Below are positions 36,948 to 40,000 of a stretch of 40,000 bases of DNA, in pieces; position 1 is the stretch's first letter; each line of letters starts with the position of its first letter. Made by a program: the position numbers and the translations under genes. Under the pieces are notes generated by a model. That model was not told the origin of the DNA. It saw only the letters and a list, made by a program, of their open reading frames with translations, and made no database searches. Origin of the DNA: Bacillus sp. AFS098217. GTDB taxonomy: Bacteria; Bacillota; Bacilli; Bacillales; Bacillaceae_G. The stretch lies in assembly GCF_002551815.1 (NCBI RefSeq), contig NZ_NVPR01000004.1, positions 3,166 through 43,165 on the forward strand. The letters are read 5' to 3'.

Positions 36948-37120
36948 TGGCAAACACAACTGAAAATGCAACTCAAAGTCTAGCTTTTGCAAAATGGAAA
37001 GTACGATATGAAAAGAATTGGTGCACAAATCAGCAACTTTGCATGGTAGTGGAATTGGAGCAGATAACAGAAGAAGAATACAAAGAATTAACTAAGTTAG
37101 AATACCCAAGCGTACAATAG
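36947..37120 (+). CDS. XkdX-family small protein (57 aa)
   Basis: TAATG overlap with the previous gene; QSLAFAKWKVRYEKNWCTNQQLCMVVELEQITEEEYKELT; below the ORF-track cutoff. Confidence 0.8.
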   Translation: MANTTENATQSLAFAKWKVRYEKNWCTNQQLCMVVELEQITEEEYKELTKLEYPSVQ

Positions 37121-37154
37121 TAGGCTTTTTTATTTTGGTCAAAGGAGTGAAGAA

Positions 37155-37577
37155 ATGGATCGTATCGATGTATTAACAAAATCATTTATAGCTGCTTTCG
37201 GTGGCTTTTGTGGCTATTTTTTAGGAGGTTGGGATTTGTCACTGAAAATTTTAGTCACAATGGCTGTTATTGACTACATTACTGGAATGATTGCAGCAAC
37301 TACACTTGGACAATTAAAAAGCAAAATCGGATTTCGAGGCATTGCCAAAAAGGTAGTGCTTTTTTTATTGGTTGGAGTTGCCGCGCAGCTAGATCTAGCG
37401 TTTGGAAGTAATAGTGCTATTCGTGAAGCAACAATTTTCTTTTTCATGGGTAATGAGTTGCTATCAATCTTAGAAAATGCCGGACGTATGGGCATTAAGT
37501 TACCTTCGGCACTTACAAACGCTGTTGAGATTTTAGGTAGTAAACAAAAACAAGATAAAAAAGGGGATGTTCAGTAA
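37155..37577 (+). CDS. Phage holin family protein (holin_4/TcdE-like)
   Basis: 140 aa; multiple TM segments; MAVIDYITGMIAATTLGQLKSKIGFRGIAKKVVLFLLVG. Confidence 0.93.
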   Translation: MDRIDVLTKSFIAAFGGFCGYFLGGWDLSLKILVTMAVIDYITGMIAATTLGQLKSKIGFRGIAKKVVLFLLVGVAAQLDLAFGSNSAIREATIFFFMGNELLSILENAGRMGIKLPSALTNAVEILGSKQKQDKKGDVQ

Positions 37578-38329
37578 TGACTCGTTATAGTAATCACGGT
37601 GGACATAATGAATTTGTACAAGGTGCTAATTATGGTAATCGAAAAGAACACATCATGGACAGACAAGTAAAGGATGCTGTCACAGCTAAGTTAAGAGCTT
37701 TAGGACATACTGTCTATGATGACACTGACGATGTAGGCAGAACTCAAGCCCAAAACTTAAACAATATTGTTGCTAATTGTAATTCACATGAAGTCGATTT
37801 AGTAATCTCTTATCATCTAAATGCAAGTGATGGTAATGGTCATGGTGTGGAAGTTCTTTATTATGACCAATGTGATTTAGCAACTAAAGTTTCAGCTCAA
37901 TTAGCTAAGGATATCGGATGGCGTGATCGTGGTGCAAAACAGCGTACAGATTTAGCAGTATTGAAAGGAACTAAAGCACCAGCTATCTTAATCGAATTAG
38001 GGTTCATCGATAACGATGCAGACATGGCTAAATGGGATGTTGATAAAATCGCTAATTCAATCGTTTACGCTTTGACAGGACAAGCGGTAAGTAGTGGAGG
38101 AAAATTACAACCATCTGGTGATGATGGAAGAAGAAAAATCAAAACAGGCGGTTTAGGATACGATGCGGTAAAAGAAGTATCCGAAGTGCTATGTAGTAAA
38201 CAAATTAAAGGGGCTATCCTATTCGAAGGTGAAGCACCTTATGTATTAACTGAGAAACTAGCTAATCCAAAGTTGGATGACTTTACAGCATGGCTTGATG
38301 CGAAAAATTGGTACTGGGAATACAACTAA
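37577..38329 (+). CDS. N-acetylmuramoyl-L-alanine amidase endolysin
   Basis: 250 aa; SNHGGHNEF..., HEVDLVISYHLNASDGNGHGVEVLYY, APAILIELGFIDNDADM; C-terminal binding domain. Confidence 0.94.
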   Translation: MTRYSNHGGHNEFVQGANYGNRKEHIMDRQVKDAVTAKLRALGHTVYDDTDDVGRTQAQNLNNIVANCNSHEVDLVISYHLNASDGNGHGVEVLYYDQCDLATKVSAQLAKDIGWRDRGAKQRTDLAVLKGTKAPAILIELGFIDNDADMAKWDVDKIANSIVYALTGQAVSSGGKLQPSGDDGRRKIKTGGLGYDAVKEVSEVLCSKQIKGAILFEGEAPYVLTEKLANPKLDDFTAWLDAKNWYWEYN

Positions 38330-38337
38330 TGAAAAGG

Positions 38338-38366
38338 GCCGGCTCCTATGAGTCGGCTCGTTTTTT
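38338..38366 (+). terminator. Late-operon terminator
   Basis: GCCGGCTC-ctat-GAGTCGGC then TCGTTTTTT. Confidence 0.9.
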
Positions 38367-38381
38367 GATTTAATAATCATT

Positions 38382-38423
38382 AAAAAACACCCTCAATCAA
38401 AGAATAGGATGAGGGTGTTTTTT
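38382..38423. terminator. Bidirectional terminator between the endolysin and the Ltp gene
   Basis: Perfect 14-bp inverted repeat AAAAAACACCCTCA / TGAGGGTGTTTTTT. Confidence 0.92.
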
Positions 38424-38428
38424 ACGTT

Positions 38429-39085
38429 TTATTTACCTAAATTATTAATAGCGTAATCGGCTTCTTCTTGTGTGAATTTTTCACCGTTTTCAGAAGTCAG
38501 TTGGTCCCTTATCGCTTCTGGTGACATACTCATTGTTTTCTGATAACTTTTTGCTTTTTTCAAGGCATTTTCATTAAAATTGGCTTTCATATTGTCAATT
38601 GCGTACTGTGCTTCATCTTCAGCAAATTTTTCACCATGTTCAGAAACAAGCTGGTCATAAACCTTCTGTTTTGACATGTTCATTGTTTTTGCATACGATT
38701 CAGCCTTTTTCAAAGCGTTTGCTTTCCAATCAAATTCAAAATTATTCATTGCATAATTAGCAGATTCTGCGGAAAACTTTTCACCATGTTCAGAAACAAG
38801 CTGGTCATAAACCTTCTGTTTTGACATGTTCATTGTTTTTGCATACGATTCAGCTTTTTTCAAAGCGGACTTATATTCTACAGGAACGTTATCCTGTGCC
38901 TTTGTTTCTTCCTTTTTAGGTTCTTCCTTTTTTGCATCTTGCTTTGGTGTTTCTTTTTTAGTTTCTTGTTTTGGCTCAGTAGAAGCTTTTTCTTTTGGAT
39001 CATTACTTCCATCAATAAGAGCAGCGACAAAGATAATTACAACTAGTGCGATAACTCCTAAACATCCAAATTTAAAAATTTTCAT
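38429..39085 (-). CDS. Ltp-family lipoprotein, putative superinfection exclusion
   Basis: 218 aa; N-terminal hydrophobic FGCLGVIALVVIIFVAAL, charged KE-rich linker, three Ltp repeats (ALKKAESYAKTMNMSKQKVYDQLVSEHGEKF...). Confidence 0.85.
   Translation of the reverse strand: MKIFKFGCLGVIALVVIIFVAALIDGSNDPKEKASTEPKQETKKETPKQDAKKEEPKKEETKAQDNVPVEYKSALKKAESYAKTMNMSKQKVYDQLVSEHGEKFSAESANYAMNNFEFDWKANALKKAESYAKTMNMSKQKVYDQLVSEHGEKFAEDEAQYAIDNMKANFNENALKKAKSYQKTMSMSPEAIRDQLTSENGEKFTQEEADYAINNLGK
38629..38867 (-). repeat. 89-bp near-identical direct repeat encoding Ltp modules 1 and 2
   Basis: 38629-38717 and 38779-38867 differ at one base; offset 150 bp (50 codons). Confidence 0.85.
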
Positions 39086-39197
39086 CTAAATATCCTCCTA
39101 GCAAAATATGTACTGATTCCGATATTTAGTATAACAAATTTCAAAAGGAAATTTTACATAATTTTACCTTTGTGGAAGTATGGTTGTAAGAAATCCA

Positions 39198-39443
39198 TTA
39201 TAATTGCTTGGCTTTTTCAAGTAAATCTATTACTTGTTGATGCCTTTCTTTCGTTTCCTCTAAAGAAACTTTTGTTAGGTCAGCGTTCTTTGCCCAGAAG
39301 ACTTTAAAGGCATGCCAATCAGACATAATATACATGGTTTTATCTGGGCTAAGTTGACTTAATAAAGAAGTAACCTCTTCAAATGTTTTATTAATTTTCT
39401 CTCCTAATAGACTTTTGTCATGTGCTATCTGGTTCGATATCAT
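39198..39443 (-). CDS. Hypothetical protein (81 aa), coupled to the LexA-like gene
   Basis: ATGA overlap with the stop of the upstream gene. Confidence 0.65.
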   Translation of the reverse strand: MISNQIAHDKSLLGEKINKTFEEVTSLLSQLSPDKTMYIMSDWHAFKVFWAKNADLTKVSLEETKERHQQVIDLLEKAKQL

Positions 39444-39664
39444 ATAATTCCTCCTTTTAAAATTTTGATTGTTCTTGGTTTAGATGGATCGCGATGAATA
39501 AAACCTTTCTCTTCTAGATGTAATAAATGTCTATGTGCTGTAGAACTAGAAGCAAGACCAGTCGCTTTGCAAATTTCTCTGACAGTTGGAGGATATCCGT
39601 TTTCTATGACTTGTTCCTGGATGAAAGTTAGAATTTGAGCTTGTCTAGGAGTTAATGATTTCAT
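39440..39664 (-). CDS. Stand-alone LexA-type winged-helix protein lacking the peptidase domain (74 aa)
   Basis: [74 protein letters not shown]. Internal ATG at 39664 with GAGGG RBS preferred over 39736. Confidence 0.88.
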   Translation of the reverse strand: MKSLTPRQAQILTFIQEQVIENGYPPTVREICKATGLASSSTAHRHLLHLEEKGFIHRDPSKPRTIKILKGGII

Positions 39665-39703
39665 TATGTATACCCTCACTTTGTATAGAAAATATCTAAC
39701 CAT

Positions 39704-39743
39704 ATAATACCAGGAATGTAGAAATAAATCAAACATCCGTTCG
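39704..39743 (-). promoter_or_regulatory. SOS-box-containing promoter of the LexA-like operon
   Basis: Minus strand CGAACGGATGTTTG (39743-39730), one mismatch to CGAAC-N4-GTTCG, overlapping TTGATT (39732-39727), N17, TATTAT (39709-39704). Confidence 0.82.
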
Positions 39744-39837
39744 TATCTTGTTTGAGATAAATTTACAAACAGATTACTTTCTATTAATAATTTTTTGCTA
39801 AAATTTTACATGAAGCTAATTAAAGGAGATGAATCTA

Positions 39838-40000
39838 GTGGAATTGACAGTACTATCCGAACAAGAGGTAACCGTCATCGCAGTAGAAGTTTCTCACTAT
39901 GAAAATAAATACCATTTCCGTTTGTACAAAAACAACGAGTTTCTTCAAGTTAATTTTGTTGATGAGAAGAACAGGCTTCTAAGTATGTTACCAGTTGCAG
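39838..40000 (+). CDS. 5' end of a CDS truncated by the window end (MELTVLSEQEVTVIAVEVSHYENKYHFRLYKNNEFLQVNFVDEKNRLLSMLPVA..)
   Basis: GTG with AAAGGAGAT RBS; open to the window edge. Confidence 0.6.
   Translation, partial: MELTVLSEQEVTVIAVEVSHYENKYHFRLYKNNEFLQVNFVDEKNRLLSMLPVA

Larger units (their letters stand above)
5751..40000. mobile_element. Temperate contractile-tailed (Xkd/PBSX-like tail, HK97-like head) prophage. Left edge lies between the glnA terminator and int; right edge not identified and may lie outside the window
   Basis: Ordered modules: int, repressor/cro, antirepressor, replication, late regulator, terminase, portal, protease, capsid, sheath, tube, tape measure, baseplate, fibre, holin, amidase. 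Confidence 0.93.

Noticed and set aside
39440-39736. Interpretation as the host lexA gene disrupted by prophage insertion
   Set aside because: The sequence diverges from typical Bacillus LexA at many DNA-binding-domain positions and ends with a normal stop overlapping the next gene's start (ATGA), with its own promoter. This fits a separate short gene better than a truncated host lexA. A comparison with an uninterrupted strain would settle it.
5751-40000. CRISPR array, tRNA, rRNA, retron or restriction-modification system
   Set aside because: No regularly spaced repeat-spacer pattern, cloverleaf sequence, reverse transcriptase or methyltransferase motif was seen in the translated ORFs. The only defence-type candidates are HicAB, the Ltp lipoprotein and the unassigned accessory genes.

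Overview
Host chromosome of a Bacillus cereus-group-like genome (TRIC/UPF0126 channel, hflX, aluminium-resistance/methionine gamma-lyase-family PLP gene, glnR, glnA) is followed directly by a temperate-phage genome. The phage starts about 50 bp after the glnA terminator and runs to, or nearly to, the window end. Order: tyrosine integrase, CI/Cro-type switch, DUF771 and ORF6N antirepressor-type genes, sparse replication module, dUTPase, RecU, sigma-like late regulator, HNH, cos/terminase, HK97-type head, contractile (PBSX/Xkd-like) tail, baseplate, fibre, holin, amidase, Ltp-type superinfection-exclusion lipoprotein, and an SOS-box-controlled stand-alone LexA-type wHTH operon. Antisense accessory islands carry a CoiA-like zinc-finger protein and a HicAB toxin-antitoxin. 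The strongest signals outside the ORF track are: (1) a textbook -1 frameshift cassette (A_AAA_AAC, 8-nt spacer, perfect 10-bp stem) in the tail assembly chaperone; (2) five tandem 15-bp iteron-like repeats inside the replication-initiator gene; (3) four 15-bp operators TACCGTTTAAAGGTA around the lysogeny switch; (4) an RF2-like GTT_TGA_C (+1) junction, or indel, splitting the tail-fibre gene; (5) a candidate ~140-nt small RNA with a 17-bp stem between two terminators; (6) a LexA-type DNA-binding-domain-only gene under an SOS-box promoter. I saw no CRISPR array and no clear new multigene defence system.
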